DNA of 62,704 bases, the filler included, from Chiloscyllium plagiosum (taxonomy: Eukaryota), in the NCBI RefSeq assembly GCF_004010195.1. It is 3 parts of one record of this genome, joined end to end, with 100 filler letters (N's around TTAATTAATTAA, not from the genome) between each part and the next. Parts side by side here need not be neighbours in the genome. Positions count along the whole stretch, not along the records: positions 29,350 to 53,703 come from NC_057710.1; 2 more parts are not named here. One strand, given 5' to 3'. Made by a program: the position numbers and the translations under genes. Below, in pieces: positions 36,980 through 49,156 of this stretch. The notes below the pieces were generated by a model. The model was not told where the DNA came from. It worked only from the letters and a program-made list of their open reading frames with translations, and did not search any database. The number at the start of each line of letters is the position of its first letter. Position 1 is the stretch's first letter.

Positions 36980-39690
36980 TAGTCTGAGGTAACCCTCTTC
37001 GCTGTCCACTACACCTCCAATTTTGGTCTAATCTGCAAACTTACTAACTGTACCTCTTATGCTCACATCCAAATCATGTATATAAATGATGAAAAGTAGT
37101 GGATCCAGTACCGAACATTGTGCACTCCACTGGTCATAGGCCTGAAAAACAATCCTCCACCACCACCCTCTGTCTTTTACCTTTGAGCCAGTTCTGTATC
37201 CAAATGGCTAGTTCTCCCTGTATTCCATGAGATCTAACCTTGCTAATCAGTCTCCCATGGGGAACCTTGTCAAACACCTTACTGAAGTCCATATAGATCA
37301 CATCTACCACTCCGCCCACATCAATCTTCTTTGTTACTTGTTCAAGAAACTCTATCAAGTTTATGAGACATGGTTTCCCACACACAAAGCCATGTTGACT
37401 ATCCCGAATCAGTCATTGCATTTCCAAATACATGTACATCCTGTCCCTCAGGATTCCCTCCGACAACTTGCCCACCACCGAGGTCTATAGTTCCCTGGCT
37501 TGTCCTTCCAACCCTTCTTAAACAGTGGCACCACGTTAACCAACCTCCAGTCTTCCAGCACCTCACCTGTGACTATCGATGATACAAATATCTCAGCAAC
37601 AGGCCCAGCAATCACTTTTCTAGCTTCCCATGGAGTTCTCGCATACACCTGATCAGGTCCTGGCAATTTATCCACGTTTATGCATTTCAAGACATCCAGC
37701 ACTTCCTCCTCTGTATAATCTGAATATTTTGCAAGATGTCACCATCTATTTCCTTACAATCTATATCTTCCATCTCCATTTCCACAGTAAACACTGATAC
37801 AAAATACTCGTTTCGTATCTCCCCCATTTTCTGTGGCTCCACACAAAGGCCGCCTTGCTGATCTCTGAGGGGCCCTATTCTCTCCCTCGTTATCCTTTTG
37901 TCCTAAATGTATTTGTAAAACCCTTTGGATTCTCCTTAACTCTATTTGCCGAAGTTATCTCATGTTCCCTTTTTGCCCTCCTGATTTCCCTCTTAAGTAT
38001 ACTCCTACTTCCTTTGTACTCTTCTAAGGATTCATTCAAAATTCTTGTCTATGCCTGACATATGCTTCCTTGTTTTCCTTATACAACCCCACAATTTCTT
38101 TCCTTGACCTTTCTGTCTCCATTTACGGCAATAGTCTATCCACTAATATCCACTGATTCCCACAGCTATCTGGACTACAGCTCTTCTGATCCCACGTCCT
38201 ATAAGGACTCTATCCCTTTCTCTCAGCCCCTTCGCCTCCGCCGCATTTGTTCCGATGAGACCACTTTCCAAAATGGTGCTCTTAATATGTGCTCCTTCTT
38301 CTCCAACCGTGGCTTCCCACCTACAGTTATTGACAGGTCTCTCGACAGCATGCAGTCCATCTCCCACGCCATGCCCCTCACCCCCTCCCTCCCCTCCAAG
38401 AACAAGGATAGGGTCCCTCTTGTTCTCACCTTTCACCCCACCAGCCTTCACATGCAAAGAATAATCCTCCGCCATTTTCGCCAACTCCAACACAACGCCA
38501 CCACTAAATACATCTTCCCTTCCCTCCCGCTGTCTGCATTCCACAGAGATCGTTTCCTCCGGGACACTCCTCCATCACACTTAACACCTCTCCCATCACA
38601 CACGGCACCTTCCCATGCAATCGGAAGGTGCAACACCTGCCCCTTCACCTCTTCCATGCTCACCATCCAAGGCCCCAAACACTCATTTCAGATTAAGCAG
38701 CGTTTCACTTGTACCTCTTTCAATTTGGTCTATTGCATTCATTGCTCCCAATGAAGTCTCCTCTATATTGGAGAGACAAAACACCGACTGGGTGGTCGCT
38801 TTGCTGAGCACCTTTGGTTTGTACGCAATCAGGTCCTGGACCTTCCCGTGGCTTGCCACTTCAACACCCAATCCTGCTCCCATGGTCACATGTCTGTCCT
38901 TGGCCTGCTGCAATGTTCCAGAGAAACTCAACGCAAACTGAAGGCACGTTACAGCCTGCCGGTCTCAACATTGAATTCAACAACTTCAGATCATTTTATT
39001 TCATTTATTTAATTTATTTTTTAATTTTTTTTTCACTGTTTTCTTGATTGTCTCTCTTTCTCTCACTCCCCATTCTCTCATCACCTTTTTCCTTTCCTCT
39101 TCCCCCTTTGCTACCCTTCTCCCCTGTTTTCCATTTTGCCTCTGTTTCACCCCTTCCCCCCATCCCCCACATATTTTGCCACATAGCACTGGCTTCAGCC
39201 TTGGTCATTCACAGCTCCTAATCTCCCTATAATCTCTCTATGCACTGTCACTATCACCTCTTTATTGCTACCTTTACTTCTGGAGCCATGACTCACCTTC
39301 TCTCAGCCCAGTATAAATACCTCCCTGTTTCTCCCCCTTTTTTAGCTTTGACAAAGGGTCAGTTAGACTCAGCTCTTTTCTCTCCTTACAGATGCTGCCA
39401 GACCTGCTGAGATTTTCCAGCATTTTCACTTTTGGTTTCAGATTCCAGCATCCGCAGTAATTTGCTTTTATCCTCAATTTCTTTCATGATCCAGCATTCC
39501 CTATTCCTGCCAGCCTTTCCTTTCCCCCTAACAGGAATATACTTTCTCTGGATTCTCATTATCTCATTTCTGAAGGCTTCCCACTTTCCAGCCGTCCCTT
39601 TACCTGCGAATATTTGCCCCCAGTCAGCTTTTGAAAGTTCTTGCCTATTGCCTTTCTCCAATTTAGAACTTCAACTTTTAGATCCGGCCT
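36980..39690 (-). mobile_element. CR1 ORF2 remnant split by a Penelope insertion
   Basis: VIYMDFSKVFDKVPHGRL, DWRLVNVVPLFKKG; resumes at ~39470. Confidence 0.9.
38102..39470 (+). mobile_element. Penelope element 3' part (RT thumb, GIY-YIG endonuclease, terminus)
   Basis: TDSHSYLDY..SIPFSQPLRLRRICSD, FTCTSFNLVYCIHCSQ*xLLYIGETKHRLGGRFAEHL; flanks cc(a/t)caatttcttt resemble a target-site duplication. Confidence 0.92.
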
Positions 39691-39873
39691 ACATTCCCTT
39701 GAGAGTCCATCGCCCCATACATTTTCCAAAACAGCATATTTGTTTGAAATGGGGAAAACCACAGAAGACTCTTGCACTGCCTGCCTCCCTCTCCTACATT
39801 TTCTGATGGTAAGCCATTGACCTGACTGTATCTGTGAGGAGAAAGTGAGGTCTGCAGATGCTGGAGACCTTTC

Positions 39874-39903
39874 CTGAAGAAGGGCTTATGCCCGAAACGT
39901 CGA
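39874..39903 (+). ncRNA. Minimal hammerhead motif, intact core, weak stem I
   Basis: CUGAAGA-a-gggc-uuau-gccc-GAAAC-GUC. Confidence 0.6.
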
Positions 39904-40124
39904 TTCTCCTGTTCCCTGGATGCTGCCTGACCTGCTGCGCTTTTCCAGCAACACATTTCCAGCTCTGACTGTATCTGTGGCTTTCCCCCCTTCTGATACC
40001 TGCCATCTGCCACATCCCCTTGCTCTTGTTAATTCCTCACTGCGTCTAACTCAGTTCTTAAGATTCTCAGGGGAATGTAGCATGAACAGCCAAGTTTCTG
40101 GTATTGAGACTGACACTAATGCAA

Positions 40125-42545
40125 TGAGAGGTACGTTGGGATCCAGAGATCAATTGTGCTAGGGGACTTTCTATTCCGAGGCACAGACATAAGTTTCTGT
40201 GGCCAGCAGCGAGAAATCAGAATGGTGTGTTGTTTCCCCGGTACCAGGATCAAGGATGTCTCAGAGAGAGTGCAGAATGTTCTCACGGGGGAGAGGGGCC
40301 AGCAGGAGGTCATTGTCCACATTGGAACTAATGACATAGGAAGGGAAAAGGACAAGAATCCGAAGGGAGAATATAGAAAGTTAGGCAGGAATTTAAAAAG
40401 GAGATCCTCAAGGGTGGTAATTTCTGGATTACTCCAGGTGCTACAAGCTAGTAGGGCAGGAATAGGAGGATCGAGCAGATGGATGTGAGGCTGAGGAGCT
40501 GGTGCAGGGGAGAAGTGTTCACATTTTTGGGTCTTCTGAGATAATAGTGACCTGTACAAGAAGGATAGATTGCACCTGAATTGGAAGGGGACTAACATAC
40601 TGGCAGTGAGATTTGCTAGAGCTGCTCAGGAGGATATAAACTAGTAAGGTGTGGGGTGGGGGTGGGACCCAGGGAGATAGTGAGGAAAGAGATCAATCTG
40701 AGACTGGTATAGTTGGGAACAGAAGCGAGTCAGTCAGGGTAGGCAGGGACAAAGCAGAGAACAAGTTAGGACTGATAAATTCAATTGCAGTTACTTCAAT
40801 ACAAGGGGCCTAACAGGGAAGGCAGATGAACTCAGGGCATGGTTAGGAACATGGGACTGGGATATCATAGCAATTACAGACACATGGCTCAGGGATGGGC
40901 AGGACTGGCAGCTTAATGTTCCAGGAAAACAAATGCTACAGGAAGGATAGAAAGGGAGGCAAGAGAGGAGGGGAGTGGCGTTTTTGACAATAGATTGCAT
41001 TACAGCTGTGCTGAGGGAGGATATTCCTGGGAATACACCCAGGGAAGTTATTTGAGTCGAACTGATAAATAAGAAAGGGATGATCACCTAATTGGGATTG
41101 TATTATATATGCTCCCAATAGTCAGCAGGAAATTGAGAAACAAATTTGTAAGGTGATCGCAACTATCTGTAAGAATAATAGGGTGTTTATGGTAGGGAAT
41201 TTTAACTTTCAAAATAGAGACTGGGACTACCATTGGTATTAAGGGTTTAGATGGAGAGGAATTTGTTAAGTGTGTACAAGACAATTTTCTGATTGAGTAT
41301 GTGGATGTACATACTAGAGAAGGTGCAAAACTTGACCTACTCTTGGGAAATAAGGCAGGGCAGGTGACTGAGGTGTCAGTGGGGGAGGACTTTGGGGCCA
41401 GCAACTATAATTCTATTAGTTTTAAAATAGTGATGGAAAAGGATAGACCAGATCGAAAAGTTGAAGTTCTAAATTGGAGAAAGGCCAATTTTGACAGGAT
41501 TAGGCAAGAACTTTCAAAAGCTGATTGGAGGCAGATGTTCGCAGGTAAGGGGACGGCACGAAAATGGGAAGCCTTCAGAAATGAGATAACAAGAATCCAG
41601 AAAAAGTATATTCCTGTTAGGGTGAAAGGGAAGGCTGGTAGGTATTGGGAATGACTAAAGAAATTGAGGGTTTGGTTAAGAAAAAGAAGGAAGCATATAT
41701 CAAGTATAGACAGGATAGATCGAGTGAATCCTTAGAAGAGTATAAAGGCAGTCAGAGTATACTTCAGAGAGAAATCAGGAGGGTAAAAAGGGACATGAGA
41801 TAACTTTGGAAAATAGGGTTAAGGTGAATCCAAAAGGATTTTACAAATACATTAAGGACAAAAGGGTAACAAGGGAGAGAATAGGGCCCCTCAAAGATCA
41901 GCAAGGCGGCCTTTGTGTGCAGCTGCAGGAGATGGGGGAGATACTTAACGAATAGTTTGCATGAGGGTTTAACAGGGACAGGATGTACATGTATTTGGAA
42001 AGGGAAGGACTGATTAGGGATAGTCAACATGGCTTTGTGCGTGGGAAATCATGTCTCACAAACTTGATAGAGTTTTTTGAAGAGGTAGCAAAGAGGATTG
42101 ATGAGGGCGGAGCAGTAGATGTGATCTATATGGACTTCAATAAGCCGTTCGACAAGGTTCCCCATGGGAGACTGGTTAGCAAGGCTACATCACATGCAAT
42201 ACAGGGAGAACTAGCCATTTCGATATAGAACTGGATGCAAGGTAAAAGGTGGTGGTGGAAGGTTGCTTTTCAATCTGGAGGCTTGTGACCAGTGGAGTGC
42301 CACAAGGATCGGTGCTGGGTCCACTACTTTTCGTCAATTATATACAGAGGCATCTCGGTTATCTGAAAGACAGGGGCAGGCTGCATTTGGTTCGGTTGAT
42401 CGAATTCCGGATAATCGAATGCTGGATGACGTAGTTTAGCCGAGTATCAGGACCTTGCAATTTGCCGGATAATCTGATATTCAGATAATCGAATGCTGGA
42501 TAATCGATGTTCCTCTGTAAAGGATTTGGATGTGAACATAGGAGA
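40125..42545 (+). mobile_element. CR1 LINE (ORF1 esterase region plus ORF2 pieces)
   Basis: VCCFPGTRIKDV..IVHIGTNDIG; HGFVRGKSCLTNLIEFFEE; SGVPQGSVLGPLLF. Confidence 0.92.
42345..42517. mobile_element. Tc1/mariner (Tigger-like) MITE, 173 bp, TA target duplication, inserted in CR1
   Basis: TA|cagaggcatctcggttatc ... gataatcgatgttcctctg|TA; CR1 sequence is continuous across it. Confidence 0.85.
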
Positions 42546-42547
42546 CC

Positions 42548-44070
42548 TAGAACATCGAACAATATCGCATAATACAGGCCCTTTGACCCACAATGTTGTG
42601 CCAAGCATTTATCTTAATCTAAGATCAACCTAACCTATACTCCCCTCAATTTACTGCCATCCATGTGCTTGTCCTAATGTCCCTGACTCTACTCCCACTG
42701 CTGGCAGTGCATTCTACACACCCACCACTCTCGGTGTAAAGAACCTGCCTCAGACATCTCCCCTACATCTTCCTCCAATCACCTGAAAATTATACTCCCA
42801 TGTGACAGCCATTTCTGACCTGGGAAAGGTTTCTGGCAATCTACTCTAACTATGCCTCTCAATACTTTGTACATCTCTATCTAGGCACCTCTTTTCCTTC
42901 TTCTCTCCAGTGTGAAAAGTCCGAGCTCACTCAACCTCTCTTCATAAGCCATGCCCTCCAGTCCAGGCAGCATCCTGGTAAATCTCCTCTGCATCCTCTC
43001 TCAAGCATACTTCCTATGATGAGGTGACCAGAACCAAGGGTGGTCTAACCAAGGTTTTATAAAGCTGCAGCAAAACCTCGCAGCTCTTAAACTCAATCCC
43101 CCTGTTAATGAAACCAAAGCACCACATGCCTTCTTAACAACTCAACCAACTTGGGTGACAACTTTGAGGGATCTATATATACGGATCCCAAGATCTCCCT
43201 GTTCCCCCACACTGTCAAGAATCTTGTCTTTAGCCCTGTACTCAGCATTCAAATTCAACCTTCCGAAATGAATCACTTCACATTTATCTGGTTTGAACTC
43301 CATCTGCCACTTCTCAGCCCAGCTTTGCATCCTGTCATTGTCTTGTTGCAGCCTGCAATAGCCCTCGACACTATCTACAACACCACCGGCCTTTGTGTCA
43401 TCGGCAAACTTACTAACCCATCCTTCCACTTTCTCATCAAGTCATTTATAAAACCTACATAGAGCAGAGGCCCAAGAACAGAGCCCAGCGGGACATCACT
43501 GGTCACCGACTTCCAGGCGGAATGCTTTCTGTCCACGACCACTTGCTTTTTTTTTCGGCCAGCAATTCTGTATCCAGACAGCCAAATTTCCCTGTATCCC
43601 ATACCTCCTAACTTTCTGAATGAGGCTGCCATGGGGAACTTCTCAAATACACCACATCCACTGCTCGACCATTATCAACTTATTTTGTCACATCCTCAAA
43701 GAACTTAATAAGACTTATGAGGGATATGCTGCATCAAACTATGTTTTTCCAGATAGTCATAAATCCTATCTCTCAAAATCCTTTCCAGTACCTTGCTTAC
43801 CACAGACATAAGACTGACTGGTCTCTAATTCACAGGGGTTTCCCTATTCCCTTTCTTGAACAGAGAAACAAACTTTACCTCCCTCCAATCATCCAGTACT
43901 ACTCCTGTGGAGAGTGAGGATGTAAAGATCATCGCCAGAGGCACAGCAATCTCATGCCTCGCTTCCTGTAGTAACCATAGATATATCTGGTCTGGCCCTG
44001 GGGACTTATCTAACTTGCTGCTTCCCAGAATTTCCAGCACCTCCTTAATATCCATCTGTTTAAGCCTATT
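42548..44070 (-). mobile_element. CR1 3' portion (paralog of 59325-60916)
   Basis: ORF 43142-43429 translates identically to 59942-60229. Confidence 0.92.
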
Positions 44071-44074
44071 ACCT

Positions 44075-46170
44075 CGTATAATTAATCAGTTTGCAGGTGA
44101 CACCAAAATTGGAGGTGAAGTGGACAGCGAAGAAGGTAACTCAGATTACAATGGGATCTTGATCAGATGGGCCAATGGGCTGAGGAGTGGCAGATGGAGT
44201 TTAATTTAGGTAAATGTGAAATGATGCATTTTGGAAAAGCAAATCTTAGCAGCACTTACATCCTTAATGGTAAGCGATTTTTGAGAAGATTTGTAGCAAG
44301 TATGCAAGTTAGCTCGCTGAGCTTAAAGGTTTGTTTTCAGATATTTTGTTACCATATTTGGTAAATTCATCAGTGAGAGTCTCTGGTGAAGTGCTGGTGG
44401 TATGTCCTGCCTCTCTATTTATAGGTCTTGGTTTCTTAAGGTGGGTGATGTCAATTCTAGTTCTTTTTTCAAGGGAAGGTAAATAGGATCTAAGTCGATG
44501 TGTTTATTGATGGAAGTCTGGTTAGCATGCCATGCCTCGAAGACTTCTCGTGTGTGTCTTTGTTTTGCCTGTTTTAGGATGTGTGTGTTATCCCAGTCAA
44601 AGTGGTGTTCTTCTTTGTATGTACAAAAACTAGCGATAGTGGGTCATGTCTTTTGGAGGCCAGTTGGTGTTCATGTATCCTGATGGCACATTTCCTGCTA
44701 GTTTGTCTGAAGTAGTGTTTTCACAATTCTTGCATGGTATCTTGTAAATGATGTTAGTTTTGCTGGTGGTATCTAATGGATCCTTTAGGTTCATTAGTTG
44801 CTGTTTACATGTGTGTTGGTAGGTTTGTGGGCTACCATGATGCCAAGGGGTTAGAGTAGTCTGGAAGTGATTTCTGATTTGTCTTTGATGTATGGTAATG
44901 TGGCTCCAGTTGTTGGTTGCATTGTGTCTGCTTGTTCGGTTTGGTTCTGAGGTATCAGCGGATTGTGTTTCTTGGGTACATTTTTCTTGAAAGCATTGTA
45001 TAGATATTTTTCTTCTGCTTTTTGTAGCCTTGGGTGCTGCAGTGTGATGTAGCTTGTTAAAATAATGTCTTGATGCAGCTCCATTTGTGGGTGTTGGGAT
45101 GATTGCTTCTGATGTTTAGTATTTGGTCTGTGTGTGTTGTTTTCCTGTAGACCCTGGTTTGAAGCTCTCCGTTAACTGTCCATTCAACTGTCATGTCTGG
45201 GAATGGGAGTCTGTCATCAATCTCCTCCTCTTTTGTGAATTTGATGCCTGTCAGGATATTGTTGATGGTGTTGTATGTTTCCTCTATTTGTTACATTTTG
45301 TGATGACAAAGGTGTCATCTATGTAGCAGACCCAAAGTTTGGGTACTTTATTGGTCAGACCATGGAGTATAGGAGTTGGGAGGCCATGTTGCGGCTGTGC
45401 ATGGCATTTGGTTAGGCCACTTTTGGAATACTGTGTGCAATTCTGATCCTGGATTAGTGGTGCTGGAAGAGCACAGCAGTTCAAGCAGCATCCAAGGAGC
45501 AATGAAATCGACGTTTCAGGCAAAGGTGTCCGAAATGTCCATTTCGAAGCTCCTTGGATGCTGCCTGAACTGCTGTGCTCTTCCAGCACCACTGATCCAG
45601 AATCTGGTTTCCAGCATCTGCAGTCATTGTTTTTACCTCTGCAAATCTGGTCTACCTTCTACCGGTTGGACGTTGTGAAATTTGAAAGGGTTGAGAAAAG
45701 ATTTACAAGGATGTTGCCAGGGTTGGAGGATTTGAGCTATAGGGAGAGGCAGAACATGCTGGGGCTGTTTTCCCTGGAGCGTCGGAGTCTGAGGGGTGAC
45801 CTTACAGAGGTTTACAAAATCATGAGGGGCATGGATAGGATAAATAGACAAATTCCTTTCCCTGGGGTCGGGGAGTCCACAACTAGAGGGCATAGAGGGT
45901 GAGAGGGGAAAAATTTAAATGGGATTTAAGGAGAAACTTTTTCATGCAGAGGCTGGTGCGTGCATGGAATGAGCTGCCACAGGAAGTGGTCAAGGCTGAT
46001 ACAATTACATCATTTAAAAGGCATCTGCATGAGTATATGAATAGGAAGGGTTTGGAGGGATATGGGCCAAGTGCTGACAAATGGGACTGGATTAGGTGAG
46101 GACATCTGGTCTGCATGGACAAGTTGGACCGAAGGGTCTGTTTCTGTGCTGTACATCTCCATGACTGCAT
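44075..46170 (+). mobile_element. CR1 3' portion interrupted by Penelope (44272-45342) and a hairpin element (45445-45638)
   Basis: [32 protein letters not shown]1 tail. Confidence 0.88.
44272..45342 (-). mobile_element. Penelope fragment
   Basis: PKLWVCYIDDTFVITK (RT motif), TLPYIKDKSEITSRLL; terminus shared with 22430-22680. Confidence 0.88.
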
Positions 46171-46419
46171 GGTTCTATGTTGTTCTGTGGACAATCTCTT
46201 CAACATTACAGTTTTGAATCTGTCTGAAGCGGAGTGCCCTGTGAAAGTCTCATTGCCATTACCCATCATTCCCCAGACTGAGAATCCCAACATGCAATGG
46301 GCAGGAATAAGACACAACCCTGGGTGTGGAAAGACATCATTCATACATTCCCCACACGGCAAAGACCATTGACTGAATGTGTATGACATTTGAGAGGTTT
46401 GTTGGAGAAGATTACTAAC

Positions 46420-46485
46420 CTGTTGTCTCTTCAGTAGTTGTCGGAGCCTCTGTTGTGGGAATTGTAGTAGTGGGTGTTGTGGCAA
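46420..46485 (-). CDS. Thr/Pro-rich mucin-type mini-exon, 66 nt, phase 1-1: (V)ATTPTTTIPTTEAPTTTEETT
   Basis: Acceptor ttgtttctgtttgttcctttccaacAG, donor cag|GTTAGT, length a multiple of 3, 12 Thr in 22 residues. Confidence 0.85.
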
Positions 46486-46514
46486 CTGTTGGAAAGGAAC
46501 AAACAGAAACAATC

Positions 46515-47185
46515 AGGCATCAGGCAGTGAAGAAGGCTAATAGCATGCTGGCCTTCATAACAAGAGGGATTGAGTATAGAAGCAAAGAGGTCCTTCTGCA
46601 GCTGTACAGGGCCGTGGGGAGACCGCACCTGGAATATTGTGCTCAGTTTTGGTCTCCAAACTTAAGGAAAGACATTCTGGCTATTGAGGGAGTGCAGCAT
46701 AGGTTCATGAGGTCAATTTCCGGAATGGTGGGACTATCTTACCCTGAAAGATTGGAGCGACTGGGCTTGTATACTTTGAGTTTAGAAGGCTGAGAGGGGA
46801 TCTGATTGAGACGTACAAGATTATTAAAGGATTGGACACTCTGGAGGCAGGAAACATGTTTCTGCTGATGGGTGAGTCCTGAACCAGAGGACACAGTTTA
46901 AAAATAAGGGGTAGGCCACTGAGAACAGAGTTGAGGAGAAACTTCTTCACCCTGAGAGTGGTGGTAGATGGAATGCTCTGCCCCAGAAGGTTGTGGAGGC
47001 CGAGTCTCTGGATACTTTCAAGAAAGAGTTGGATAGAGCTCCTGAGGATAGTGGAATCAAGGGTTATGGGGATAAGGCAGGAACAGGATACTGATTGAGG
47101 ATGATTGGCCATGATCATAATGAATCGTGGTGCTGGCTCGAAGGGCAGAATGGCCTACTTCTGTACCTATTGTCTATTGTCTATA
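46515..47185 (+). mobile_element. CR1 3' fragment inserted next to the mini-exon acceptor
   Basis: AVKKANSMLAFITRGIEYRSK..RPHLEYCAQFWSP; the empty site is visible in the paralogous unit at ~48716. Confidence 0.9.
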
Positions 47186-48628
47186 AATTCTGAATGTGGG
47201 ACCCTGTTCCTGCACTGGTGTCTCGGGAGTGTGAGGGTCAGGCTGATCGCAGCTATGGGCGCAATTTTAAATCTCCTGGGTGCAGATGGCCTTGTGAATG
47301 GAACACTTGAACGGTATCACTGGTTCCTGACACCAACTTTTTATTCTTTCCCGGGATATGGGGGTCACTGGATGGGCCTGCATTTATTACCTGTCCCTAA
47401 TTGCCCTTGAGAAGGTGATGGTGAGCTGCCTTCTTGAACCCACATTTCCTGGAGGGACCCTTTTGATAAGGTCCCTCAGAACAGGCTCGTGGGTAAAATT
47501 AAAGCACCTGTGGTAAGGGGGGAATATATTGACACGTGTTGGGAATGGGTTGACAGGCGGGAAACAGGGAGTTGGAATAATTGGGTCTTTGTCGGAGTGG
47601 CAGCCAGTGACTGGTGGGGTACCACCTGGATCTCTGCTTGGCACCAGCTATTCACAATATATGCACATGACCTGGATGGGGGAACCAATAACAACATTTC
47701 CAATTTCACTGACAACACAAAACGGGGGGATGGGGGGGCGGACTNNNNNNNNNNNNNNNNNNNNNNNNNNNNNNNNNNNNNNNNNNNNNNNNNNCAGTAG
47801 ACAGCTAGGCACAGCCAAGCAATGAGGAAGGTAAATTGTATATTGTCCTTCAGTGCAAGAGGATCTGGGTTCAGAGGTCGGGATGTCTTGCTGCAGTTAT
47901 ACAGGGTCTTGGGGAGAGCACAGCTGGAGGGTTGTGTGCAGGGTTGCCCCCCCCCCCACCCCCCCCAGCTATGAGAGGACAGTCCTGCTGTAGAGGGAGT
48001 GCAAGGGAGTCTGATACTGAGGATGGCAGGACGGTCCCATGAGGAGAGATTCGCTCACCTGGCCCTGTATTCAGTGGAGTCAGATTTAAACACACGAACG
48101 GGGATGGACAGACTCGATGCTGGGAGGGTGTTTCCCCGGGGTGGGGAGACTAGAACCAGGGCCAATTTTAAAGGCTTCAAAGCGTATGTCGAGAAGAGTT
48201 AATTTAACATTTTGATTGAGGACTCGACATGATGATATTGAATGGTACAGCAGGCTTGAAGGGCCGAATGGCCTACTCCTGCTCCTTGTCTGGATGTTTC
48301 CCCAATGCAGTTAGGGAGAGAGAGCCAGGGTTCTCACCCAGGGACACTGAGCGAGCACTGAGATGTTGTTGTGTGGACAATCTCTTCAACATTACACGTG
48401 CACTGCTTGAACTCCAGTTTTGAATCTGTCTGAAGCGGAGTGCCCTGTGAAAGTCTCATTGCCATTACCCATCATTCCCCAGACTGAGAATCCCAACATG
48501 CAATGGGCAGGAATAAACCATAACCTTGGGTGTGGAAAGACATCATTCATACATTCCCCATACGGCAAAGACCATTGACTGAATGTGTACGAGGACATTT
48601 GAGAGGTTTGTTGGGGAACATTACTAAC

Positions 48629-48688
48629 CTGTCGTCTTTCTTCTCGGACGGATTCTTCTCCAATTTGTTGTTGTAGGAACAGTTGTAG
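48629..48688 (-). CDS. Thr-rich/polybasic mini-exon, 60 nt, phase 1-1: (A)TTVPTTTNWRRIRPRRKTT
   Basis: Same acceptor (ttgtttctgtttgttcctttccaacAG) and donor (cag|GTTAGT) as 46485-46420; open frame, multiple of 3. Confidence 0.8.
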
Positions 48689-48919
48689 CTGTTGGAAAGG
48701 AACAAACAGAAACAATCTCAATGAATGTGGGACCCTGCTCCTGCACTGGTGTGTAGTGGGTGAGAGAGTCAGACTGAGATCAGCCTGTTGGAGATCAGAG
48801 GCTCTCAGGACAGTCTGTGTCACCCTCAGTCAGAGCCCAAGCTGATCTCAGTGCAATCCTTCCCAACACAGTGGAGCAGAATGTTCCCAATCCCAATGCG
48901 TCTGTGGGACACTCAGTGA

Positions 48920-49156
48920 TTAGATTCCCTATAGTGTGAAAACAGGCTCTTCAACCCAACCAGTCCACACCAGAAGAGTAACCCACCACACCAATTTCCC
49001 TCTGACTAATTCACCGAACACTATGGGCAATTTTGCATGGCTAATTCACTTGACCTGCACATGTTTGGACTGTGGGAGGAAACCAGAGCACCTGGAAGAC
49101 ACCCACGCAGACACGGGGAGAATGTACAAACTCCACACAGTCAGTCACCCGAGGCT
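48920..49156 (-). mobile_element. HE1-type SINE, 5'-truncated
   Basis: Reverse complement of the V-domain and tail. Confidence 0.8.

Noticed and set aside
45883..46512. Gln-rich ORFs (also 48392-48823) as single-exon genes
   Set aside because: Off-frame readings of the Thr mini-exons running through intron and CR1 sequence
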